The notes under the pieces are model-generated. The model saw only the letters and a program-made list of their open reading frames with translations. It had not been told where the DNA came from and did not search any database. A program made the translations under genes and the position numbers. Below, piece by piece: positions 27,900 through 35,528 of a stretch of DNA of 64,000 nucleotides. Location of the stretch: the IMG/VR virus record IMGVR_UViG_3300027963_000056, positions 29,912 through 93,911 of that record. One strand, 5' to 3'. The stretch's first letter is position 1. Every line of letters begins with the position of its first letter. The DNA is from a virus (taxonomy: Duplodnaviria > Caudoviricetes).

Positions 27900-27936
27900 A
27901 ACGGGCAAATCGAACCAAAAATTATTGCAAAAGTGG

Positions 27937-27965
27937 TTGACCATAATATCATCTTTTGTTATAAT
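27937..27965 (+). promoter_or_regulatory. sigma70-type promoter
   Basis: TTGACC-N17-TATAAT. Confidence 0.82.
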
Positions 27966-28032
27966 TTAGGTATGTTGTGCAGAGATGCAAAACATTTTTT
28001 AAACTTTAGGCAACTTTGAAAGGCAACCTATC

Positions 28033-28368
28033 ATGTCAGCAGACAAACTCTTTACAGTAGCAGGTACCGCTACAAATTCCGATGGTACTACTAAGGCTCG
28101 CTTTGCGAACGACTTGGTAGCCCGCATTAAGATCCTTAACAAGGCCAAATGCACCAACATCAACTTGGTAGAATTGCCTAAGGCAATGACCAAGTTAGAG
28201 GCTCTCCAGTTCTTGACTGAACAGGGCATTACAGACGGCGACGCTGGCTATGCTGTGGCCAACAAATTGGCTGAGAAGTCAAAGGTCGCCAAGAAAGGCG
28301 AAGTCATGGTCAAGGCTGTGAAAGCCTCTGCACCCAAGACCACTGCCAAGACTGCTGTGACAGCATAA
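28033..28368 (+). CDS. Basic hypothetical phage protein
   Basis: FTVAG...KARFAND..RIKIL...INLVELP..MTK. Confidence 0.8.
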   Translation: MSADKLFTVAGTATNSDGTTKARFANDLVARIKILNKAKCTNINLVELPKAMTKLEALQFLTEQGITDGDAGYAVANKLAEKSKVAKKGEVMVKAVKASAPKTTAKTAVTA

Positions 28369-28383
28369 GCACACTGGAGTGCC

Positions 28384-28410
28384 AAAAAAGGCGGCTTTCG
28401 GGCCGCTTTT
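28384..28410 (+). terminator. Intrinsic terminator
   Basis: GGCGGCT-TTCG-GGCCGCT followed by TTTT. Confidence 0.8.
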
Positions 28411-28444
28411 CTATGGCTTTTTGTTTGAGTACATAATTAATACT

Positions 28445-28696
28445 ATGTTAGAACAAGACGAATTCTTACACGAGCGTATCCAAACGGTCATGCTTGAAGT
28501 CATGGGTGTGCTTTACGGCAACAACATTACCTTGGTACACATGGGTGCCATGATGAGATTGTTGGGAGTGCCAGACGCCAAGGCCGCTGAGCATGACAAC
28601 GAGATGTTGGAACTGGACGAACAGTTTGGTGCCATGCTTGCAGAATTAAACAAAAGCATACCAAAACAAGTCCCCAAAGACGCTATCATACATTAA
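28445..28696 (+). CDS. Hypothetical protein
   Basis: Start reset to ATG downstream of the terminator. Confidence 0.7.
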   Translation: MLEQDEFLHERIQTVMLEVMGVLYGNNITLVHMGAMMRLLGVPDAKAAEHDNEMLELDEQFGAMLAELNKSIPKQVPKDAIIH

Positions 28697-28944
28697 TGAC
28701 CATACCCAACTATCGTGCAGTGGAACCACTGTACATTGTGATCTTGCGCAACACCAATCAAGCCGAAACAATGTTTCGAACCTGGATCAAAGAAAACAGA
28801 ATCGAACATGCCAACATCTCGGGCAATCGAATGATGCTTCACGACCAACGTGCATTTGAACAGTTCCGCGTGACTTGGTCACACAACATGAATTCTGTCA
28901 CTGTATGGGATACCTGGTTGAGACGACACATTTATCTTGACTAG
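28696..28944 (+). CDS. Hypothetical protein
   Basis: Coupled ORF. Confidence 0.7.
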   Translation: MTIPNYRAVEPLYIVILRNTNQAETMFRTWIKENRIEHANISGNRMMLHDQRAFEQFRVTWSHNMNSVTVWDTWLRRHIYLD

Positions 28945-28971
28945 CAAGAGTGCCAAAAACCTGGCATTTTA

Positions 28972-29000
28972 TTGACAAACACCTTGTATGACTGTATAAT
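28972..29000 (+). promoter_or_regulatory. sigma70-type promoter
   Basis: TTGACA-N17-TATAAT. Confidence 0.85.
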
Positions 29001-29028
29001 TACTATTGTCGTTACAAGGAGAATATCA

Positions 29029-29214
29029 ATGACACAACACGAACAAATCGTAGCCGCTTATGAAAACTATTTGGCTGAGAATGCCAAGTTCACTGAAAAA
29101 GGTGTCAAAGCCGCCGCCGCCCGTGCTAGAAAAGCCCTGCAAGAAATGAGCAAGGGCATCAAAGAGCGCCGTAAAGAAATCACTACAGAAAAAGAAGCCT
29201 TGGCTGCCAAGTAA
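29029..29214 (+). CDS. Histone H1-like (Hc1-type) small basic protein
   Basis: KF.EKGVKAAAARARKALQEMSK..KERRKEI; AAGGAG RBS. Confidence 0.75.
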   Translation: MTQHEQIVAAYENYLAENAKFTEKGVKAAAARARKALQEMSKGIKERRKEITTEKEALAAK

Positions 29215-29408
29215 TGCCTGTAGTTCAAGTAGTGGAAGACCCAGACAATCCAGGACAACTCTTGTTGGATTTGGGTCTTGAACTGTGTGCTGAAATCGGA
29301 TGGAAAGTAGGCGACACAGTGCAATGGATAGACCAAAAGGACGGTTCATGGCTACTAAAGAAGAAAGTCTTGACGAATACCTCACCCGACTCAACTCAAG
29401 ATCATTAG
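29214..29408 (+). CDS. AbrB/MazE-like small protein
   Basis: V.ED...G.L.L.L..EL...GWK.GD.V.W.D..DGSW.L.K. Confidence 0.65.
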   Translation: MPVVQVVEDPDNPGQLLLDLGLELCAEIGWKVGDTVQWIDQKDGSWLLKKKVLTNTSPDSTQDH

Positions 29409-29863
29409 AAGACACTTACGTTACGTGGACCGCAGAGCCTATTGATCCGCAGACAACTTATAGTATATCTAGTGGTGGTACATTTAATCCCGCATACGGT
29501 TCTGTGCCTAATGTGTCCATTAGTGGGATGAGTGCCACTGGTAGCAATGTTAGTCCTGTTTGGACTACAACTACTAATAACACTGGCGCATATACTTTTG
29601 CCAATCAAAACATTCAGCCCAACAACACAGTTCATATTCGGGGTGAAGACGCCGATCTCTTGATCAATGACAAGAGCCTAAAGATCTGGATGGAGCGAGT
29701 GGAGGAACGACTGAACATTTTGACACCCAATCCTGAACTGGAAAAAGAGTGGGATCAATTGCGTCGATTAGGCGAGAGATATCGCAAGTTAGAAAAAAAG
29801 TGCCAAGAACAATCAGACATGTGGAAGCGACTGAAGAGCATGCCTAAGCCTAACATCAAATAA
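29348..29863 (+). CDS. Hypothetical protein
   Basis: Ser/Thr-rich middle; EERLNIL.PN.ELE..W..L motif. Confidence 0.75.
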   Translation: MATKEESLDEYLTRLNSRSLEDTYVTWTAEPIDPQTTYSISSGGTFNPAYGSVPNVSISGMSATGSNVSPVWTTTTNNTGAYTFANQNIQPNNTVHIRGEDADLLINDKSLKIWMERVEERLNILTPNPELEKEWDQLRRLGERYRKLEKKCQEQSDMWKRLKSMPKPNIK

Positions 29864-29949
29864 TTTAAACCGCGCCGTTTACCACAAAACGGCACCATTT
29901 TGTCCCGGTCTTTGCCCGGTTCTGCAACCATTGAGTAAGTAAAACTACC

Positions 29950-30537
29950 ATGAAAGCACAAGTAAACCACCTCAGCGATCAAATCGCAATTTGGAGTTTG
30001 AGGGCGTTCCGAGTCGCAGGACTTTGGATCATTGCCCTTGCTGTGATCGCTGTATGCAATCACAAGTTAAATAATCTCCGCGCAGGCGTGGAATCCATGC
30101 CCGCCGGTTACGTGTCAGCCACAGAAAAAATTCGATCCTTGGATTGTTTGACACGTAACATCTACTGGGAAGCCGCTTCAGAGCCTTTTGAAGGCAAAGT
30201 TGCTGTGGCCCAAGTCACAATGAACAGACTGGCATCGGGACGCTTTGGCGATTCGGTATGCGGTGTGATCTATCAGAAAAACGTATTCTACGAACGAGTA
30301 ATCTGTCAGTTTAGTTGGGTGTGTGAAACCACACATAAAACTCGACCAGTACATCCGCCCTTGTGGGCAGAGTCAGAATTAGTGGCTAAAAAAGTATTGT
30401 TGGAAAACTTTAGACTGCCCAGTTTAAAAGGCGCACTTTATTATCACGCCGACTACGTTAGCCCGGGTTGGCAAAAACCCAAAATTGATAAAATCGGTCG
30501 TCACATCTTTTACGGAGAGCGTAATAATGCCCTTTAA
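29950..30537 (+). CDS. Cell-wall hydrolase, SleB/Hydrolase_2 family
   Basis: CLTRNIYWEA, GKVAVAQVTMNR, CQFSW, ALYYHADYV.P.W, IGRHIFY. Confidence 0.92.
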   Translation: MKAQVNHLSDQIAIWSLRAFRVAGLWIIALAVIAVCNHKLNNLRAGVESMPAGYVSATEKIRSLDCLTRNIYWEAASEPFEGKVAVAQVTMNRLASGRFGDSVCGVIYQKNVFYERVICQFSWVCETTHKTRPVHPPLWAESELVAKKVLLENFRLPSLKGALYYHADYVSPGWQKPKIDKIGRHIFYGERNNAL

Positions 30538-30841
30538 TTTTCCTGTTGCAATTGTTGCCCTTCGTGACTACGTTACCAACAGCCTGACAAAACTCAGTGC
30601 AGACACATTGGGTTGGTTGGCGGCCATTGTGTTGCATTGTGCAACCCTGCCCAGTTTCCTGGCACTCATGACTGGGCTTAGTGATCGAACTCCAAGCCTG
30701 GACATCATTTTGTTCTTGTGGAGCGGCCTGGTGCTGTTGTTCATGCGAGCCGTAGTGCTCAAAGACATGCTGAACATCATCACAATTGGATTTGGATTTA
30801 TACTACAAGCCGGATTCATGGCCTTGATCCTGTTTAAGTAA
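30527..30841 (+). CDS. Small multi-pass membrane protein
   Basis: Three hydrophobic segments; GGAG RBS. Confidence 0.75.
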   Translation: MPFNFPVAIVALRDYVTNSLTKLSADTLGWLAAIVLHCATLPSFLALMTGLSDRTPSLDIILFLWSGLVLLFMRAVVLKDMLNIITIGFGFILQAGFMALILFK

Positions 30842-30851
30842 AAAGTACTAC

Positions 30852-30880
30852 TTGACTACAAATGCTTGATCTGCTATAAT
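30852..30880 (+). promoter_or_regulatory. sigma70-type promoter
   Basis: TTGACT-N17-TATAAT, directly preceded by an AGTACTAC half-site. Confidence 0.82.
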
Positions 30881-30902
30881 ATAGCATGATTGAGAAATTG
30901 TT

Positions 30903-31124
30903 ATGAAACTGTGCCCTAATTGTGACGAGCGAGCCTTGTGCTGTGACCACTGTGCCTATTTCCAGTTCAATGGAGATGAGAGCGGTGCCTACACTGGCAA
31001 CGGCCATTGCCGACTGCACAAGCGAGCAGAAGATCCGGGCAGTTTGTGTGACGAGTATTTTTGTTTTGAACTCTTAGCAAAGGACCTGCCCAATGAGCAT
31101 GCATCTACACCATCCCAGTCTTAG
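30903..31124 (+). CDS. Small Cys-rich (metal-binding) protein
   Basis: CPNC, CCDHC, C..H, C...FC. Confidence 0.6.
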   Translation: MKLCPNCDERALCCDHCAYFQFNGDESGAYTGNGHCRLHKRAEDPGSLCDEYFCFELLAKDLPNEHASTPSQS

Positions 31125-31485
31125 TCTCAACGGTAAAAAGAAGGGCCGAGTGAAATTTCGCAACGCAGACGAAGCCCGCAAGGCACGTGAACTAGATACT
31201 TCGTGGAAAGAATTAAAAAAGAAGTGGGACGTGGATCTTGAAGAAAAGCGCCGTAGTCGTGCCATGAAGGCCGAGCCCTTGGTATACAAATTAACCGGCG
31301 CCACAGATCGTGCAGGTACTGCTCACATTCCCAGTGTCAACACAGGTGGCAATGCTACCCTGGCTCCGGCCAAAGTGTACACAGGCACCAAGGTCAAAGG
31401 TATTGCTACTATGCACAAGTCTAATGCTGTGCCTGTGTTCTCAGACGAAGAGGCAATTGAAATTTCCCGGATGCGTCGTGGATGA
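31093..31485 (+). CDS. Basic phage protein
   Basis: YTGTKVKGIATMHKSNAVPVF motif. Confidence 0.8.
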   Translation: MSMHLHHPSLSLNGKKKGRVKFRNADEARKARELDTSWKELKKKWDVDLEEKRRSRAMKAEPLVYKLTGATDRAGTAHIPSVNTGGNATLAPAKVYTGTKVKGIATMHKSNAVPVFSDEEAIEISRMRRG

Positions 31486-31742
31486 AAGACTTGTACGCCA
31501 CGCCCGAAGCAAGACTGGACACCATACTAGGCGAGGTCTCTTTTTGGGCACAGATGCAACGATGCAGAACATCTGAAGAAGGTGAGAAGAATTGTCGCAC
31601 AGGCGCAGACACAATCACATGGTTTAGGGACACTTGGGGTATACAACTGATACCTTCGGATGATACCATATTTGGATTCCAGCGTGGAGTCAACATTGTG
31701 GATGAGCAAAAGTACATGATATTTTTATTGAAGTGGGCATGA
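31482..31742 (+). CDS. Small protein, aromatic C-terminal-motif family
   Basis: IVDEQKYMIFLLKW. Confidence 0.7.
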   Translation: MKDLYATPEARLDTILGEVSFWAQMQRCRTSEEGEKNCRTGADTITWFRDTWGIQLIPSDDTIFGFQRGVNIVDEQKYMIFLLKWA

Positions 31743-31780
31743 TTAAAAAACGTTTGTTAACCTATAAAGGAGATTTTGAA

Positions 31781-32173
31781 ATGGGTAGTATGTGGGAAAA
31801 AGATGAAGTGGTTCGCTTGCTCAAAGGTGTGCCTGGCACACAGTATCAAGAAGGTGATGACCAAATCAAAGAACAGATACGTTCATGGGTTAGGGGTCTG
31901 CTGACCAACAGTGAGATCAACATAACATTTACCAAAGCAGATGGCACTGACCGTGACATGCTGTGTACTTTGGATCATTCAAGAATTCCAGTCAGCGTAG
32001 CAAAGCCGGTATCAACCACTGCACCAGTAGATGGTATTGTGCGTGAAAGTCGAAAGCCCAAGAAAGAACCTGATCCGCATAGTATCCGTGTGTTTGATTT
32101 GGAAAAGCAAGAGTGGCGTAGTTTCCGTTTTGATAGGCTCAAAAAGGTCACAGCCACCCTGGATTTCCAATAA
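31781..32173 (+). CDS. WYL_2 / Sm-like SH3 beta-barrel protein
   Basis: ITFTKADGTDRDMLCTL...VFDLEKQEWRSFR. Confidence 0.85.
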   Translation: MGSMWEKDEVVRLLKGVPGTQYQEGDDQIKEQIRSWVRGLLTNSEINITFTKADGTDRDMLCTLDHSRIPVSVAKPVSTTAPVDGIVRESRKPKKEPDPHSIRVFDLEKQEWRSFRFDRLKKVTATLDFQ

Positions 32174-32183
32174 GTAATACTCA

Positions 32184-32402
32184 ATGGCAAAAGAAGATAT
32201 TATTAGCATGGAGGGGCGGGTTGAAGAAGTACTACCAGCCGCCATGTTCCGGGTCAAACTAGATAACTTAAACAATATAATTTTAGCGCACCTTTCGGGT
32301 CGCATGCGCAAAAACAACATCAAGGTCCTGCTGGGAGATCGGGTAGAAATGGAATTCTCACCCTACGATCTCACCAAGGGACGTATTACTCGTCGCAAAT
32401 AA
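32184..32402 (+). CDS. infA: Translation initiation factor IF-1
   Basis: [45 protein letters not shown]. Confidence 0.97.
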   Translation: MAKEDIISMEGRVEEVLPAAMFRVKLDNLNNIILAHLSGRMRKNNIKVLLGDRVEMEFSPYDLTKGRITRRK

Positions 32403-32404
32403 AG

Positions 32405-33958
32405 ATGTATCATATAAAATTGAGTGATCCAGCAAATCAAGTACTGTTCCTTGGCAACAACGATGAATCTACAGACCGGCTCGTGACGATATTGGCAAAG
32501 AAACACAAAACTATCAATCACGGTCTTGTTTCAGAATCAGAGTTTGATCCTTCTTTGCCGGGATTTTATCATACTACCATTGTGGATATTCCTTTTGGAA
32601 ATTTAATTGGATTTGCACAAAAATTTGACTTGATTGTTATGTTGGATCAACCACAATCCCAATGGAGTCATTGGAAGTGTCTGCAGGCCACTTTCAAGTT
32701 GATGTTGAAACTGGAAGAACTCAACAAACCCACTGTGTTTCGAGATAACAAAAATATAAAGAAGATTTTATATTGGTCTGATTTAGTATATAAACAAAAT
32801 AAAAGTTTTTGCATATATCCATGGATCACTTTTGTAGATGATGGCGACAGGTTAAAATTGTGTTCTCGAGATGGTCCTGGCATAACAACCAAAGACAAAT
32901 TCACGGAATGGACAACAGACCCAGCCTACACCCAAATTCGAAACAAAATGTTACAAGGAGAACTTCTACCGGATCATTGTAAAACTTGTTACAAGTACGA
33001 AGAACATGGCATCGAAAGTTACAGACAATTTGAAACCATGGACTGGGTAGTTCCATTGGAATTAGAAAATATTGAAGATTTATCTAGACTTCAAAAACCC
33101 TATTTTTATGAAGTACATGCAGGAAATCACTGCAACATCAAATGCAGAGGTTGTCAGCCCGGCAAAAGTGCGCCAATTGGCAAAGAAATAAAAAAGTTCG
33201 ATATCAAAGTTCCATTTCCAATAAGTTGGAAGCCAAATGCTTCTTCAATAGATTCAATAGACATCGATACATTAGACAAAAAAACTTCAGTATATTTTCA
33301 AGGCGGTGAACCCACTATCATGCCCGAAGTATTGAATTTTATGAAACAATGTATAGCAAAAAACAAAACTGATTTTTTCCTTACCATGGCCACCAATGGG
33401 GTTAAGTTTTCTGATGAATTCTTGGAAACAATTTCACATTTTTCCAACACTAATTTTAGTTTTAGTCTAGATGGTTATGCAAAGATCAACGACTACTGGA
33501 GATCTGGAACTAACTGGAAAAAAGTCATAGCAAATGCACACATGTTGCAAGCCCGCGGCCATGCTATCAGCATTAACAGTGTACCGGGCATTTACAATGT
33601 GACCAATTTGCATTTGTTGTTTGAGTTTTTGGATCGCGAATTTCCGTTCACTGCCATTTATGTTCAAGTCAATCATTTGCCCGCACAATCAGCCCTAAAT
33701 CACCCTCTTAAAGATCTAGTGATAGAATCCATGCTCAAATGTATGAAAACCTCAGTTTATCATTCAAACGGTAAAAGTTGCAAAAGTGGTATAGACAGCA
33801 TTTACAATCATTATATCAATGATCCTGTTTGCAACATCAAAGATCTTCGAGACTTTTTTGATTATAATGATCAACTGGACCGTGTGCGTGGCACAAAGTT
33901 GGCAGATTTTATACCCGAATTAGAAGCCGCAAGAAGTTACATCGCGGAATTAAAATAA
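32405..33958 (+). CDS. Radical SAM enzyme with extra N-terminal domain and SPASM/twitch-like segment
   Basis: FCIYPW...LC...CKTC, CNIKCRGC, GGEPT, TNG, FSLDG, YWRSG. Confidence 0.88.
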   Translation: MYHIKLSDPANQVLFLGNNDESTDRLVTILAKKHKTINHGLVSESEFDPSLPGFYHTTIVDIPFGNLIGFAQKFDLIVMLDQPQSQWSHWKCLQATFKLMLKLEELNKPTVFRDNKNIKKILYWSDLVYKQNKSFCIYPWITFVDDGDRLKLCSRDGPGITTKDKFTEWTTDPAYTQIRNKMLQGELLPDHCKTCYKYEEHGIESYRQFETMDWVVPLELENIEDLSRLQKPYFYEVHAGNHCNIKCRGCQPGKSAPIGKEIKKFDIKVPFPISWKPNASSIDSIDIDTLDKKTSVYFQGGEPTIMPEVLNFMKQCIAKNKTDFFLTMATNGVKFSDEFLETISHFSNTNFSFSLDGYAKINDYWRSGTNWKKVIANAHMLQARGHAISINSVPGIYNVTNLHLLFEFLDREFPFTAIYVQVNHLPAQSALNHPLKDLVIESMLKCMKTSVYHSNGKSCKSGIDSIYNHYINDPVCNIKDLRDFFDYNDQLDRVRGTKLADFIPELEAARSYIAELK

Positions 33959-33965
33959 ATACAAG

Positions 33966-34514
33966 ATGAAAATACGTGACTCAATCAATCTAGTAGAAGC
34001 CAGCACTCGTCCATCAAAACTGGAAACTACCCCTCTTCCTTACGGCGAAAAAGATCTTGAGCCAGTGCTGAGCAAAGAAAGTTTGGAATATCATTATGGA
34101 CACCTGGCCAAAGGTTATGCCAAGCGTTACAATGCAGGAGAAGGCAATGCGGATTTTAATCGCGCTGGCAGTTTCCTACACAATAAATTTTTCCCCCAAC
34201 TTCGGGCTCCCAAAGGTGCCAACCGACCACGCGGTGCTGTACTTGCGCTAATAGAAGAAAAGTTTGGCACCTGGGAAGACTTCAAGGAAGCATTCAAAGA
34301 AACTGCAATGAAGATTCAAGGGTCTGGTTGGGTTTACTTGAGTACCGGTGGTGACATCAAAACCATTGCCAATCATGCAGTACGCACAGACATCTGTGTG
34401 TTGGTAGACTGGTGGGAGCATGTGTGGGCCACTGATTATCAGTGGGACAAAGAACGTTATCTGGACAATATTTGGAAGATCATTGACTGGGACGTTTGCA
34501 ACGAAAGACTATAA
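33966..34514 (+). CDS. sod: Fe/Mn superoxide dismutase with N-terminal extension
   Basis: LPY...LEP...EYHYG, FLHNKFF, QGSGW, DWWEH; four metal ligands present. Confidence 0.9.
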   Translation: MKIRDSINLVEASTRPSKLETTPLPYGEKDLEPVLSKESLEYHYGHLAKGYAKRYNAGEGNADFNRAGSFLHNKFFPQLRAPKGANRPRGAVLALIEEKFGTWEDFKEAFKETAMKIQGSGWVYLSTGGDIKTIANHAVRTDICVLVDWWEHVWATDYQWDKERYLDNIWKIIDWDVCNERL

Positions 34515-34834
34515 TGAAACTAGAAACTGGTGCTGTGGCTAAATTGCGTGACTTGGTGGCCGAAGAAGGCAATCCAAATCTCATGCTACGTGTGTTTGTG
34601 CAGGGCGGCGGATGCTCGGGCATGAGTTATGGATTCACGTTTGATGAAATGCAAAATGAAGACGACTTTGACTTTGCTTATGAAGATGTGCGGGTTGTGG
34701 TTGATTCAATGAGCATGCAATATCTTCAAGGTTCTTCAATTGACTACAAAGAAGACATGATGGGTGCTAGTTTTGTAATCAACAATCCACAAGCGCAAAC
34801 CACTTGCGGTTGCGGATCTAGTTTTTCAATTTAG
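34514..34834 (+). CDS. erpA: Iron-sulfur cluster insertion protein (A-type carrier)
   Basis: [40 protein letters not shown]. Confidence 0.95.
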   Translation: MKLETGAVAKLRDLVAEEGNPNLMLRVFVQGGGCSGMSYGFTFDEMQNEDDFDFAYEDVRVVVDSMSMQYLQGSSIDYKEDMMGASFVINNPQAQTTCGCGSSFSI

Positions 34835-35060
34835 CCGGATTATTGGCATCGGCCAGCCAGGCTTTGTAACTGGTAATAATAGGACCATGGTCCTGAGGTG
34901 CTACTGCTTTTTCGCCCTCTAGAATATAAAGAATCAACGGAGTGTTGGGCATGATTTTGTTGTAAAAATCAGCGTTTCGTGTCAGTTGCTCAAACACTAA
35001 CGATCTACCTTCGGTATCTAGTGAGTGAAACTTTTTTGTCAAATCGTCTACAGAAAACAT
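34818..35060 (-). CDS. Hypothetical protein
   Basis: 80-aa ORF starting 3 nt after the preceding minus-strand gene. Confidence 0.65.
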   Translation of the reverse strand: MFSVDDLTKKFHSLDTEGRSLVFEQLTRNADFYNKIMPNTPLILYILEGEKAVAPQDHGPIITSYKAWLADANNPAKLKN

Positions 35061-35063
35061 ATT

Positions 35064-35528
35064 TTAATCCTTTACTAATTTTGCCTTGGGGCAATTTTTT
35101 ATGGCATCGTACAAGTCTGACGGTTTGACTTTCTTAAAATTGTCATCAAAAAATTTGAATCCAATTTTTTCCAATCCCATTGCACAAAATTCTGAACACA
35201 TCCATTGTTTGTGATCTTTCCACTGTTTTTTAGTTCTGGGAATCAACACATTAAATGGAGCCAATGCTGTGTAATCGTAGGGTTTGCCCAGTTCCTCTTC
35301 ACACCAATCGCGTAGGATTTGTTCTTGCTCAGCGGTGATATCCAGTTGGTAGTGGTATTCCCATCGATATTTTCTATTTCTTGTGGCAATGACTCTGCCT
35401 GTTTCCATGGCTGCAACTATCTGTATGCTGTCACTAAATTCAAATTCACAATGACTCACTCGGCTCCAGGTCCATAGTCTTATCAACGGACTCAGCGGTA
35501 GTAAACTTGCCATAAATCTAATCTTCAT
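35064..35528 (-). CDS. Permuted papain-like (NlpC/P60, YiiX/YebB-type) enzyme
   Basis: SHCEF (His) precedes GKPYDY and WMCSEF (Cys); PSDL. Confidence 0.8.
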   Translation of the reverse strand: MKIRFMASLLPLSPLIRLWTWSRVSHCEFEFSDSIQIVAAMETGRVIATRNRKYRWEYHYQLDITAEQEQILRDWCEEELGKPYDYTALAPFNVLIPRTKKQWKDHKQWMCSEFCAMGLEKIGFKFFDDNFKKVKPSDLYDAIKNCPKAKLVKD

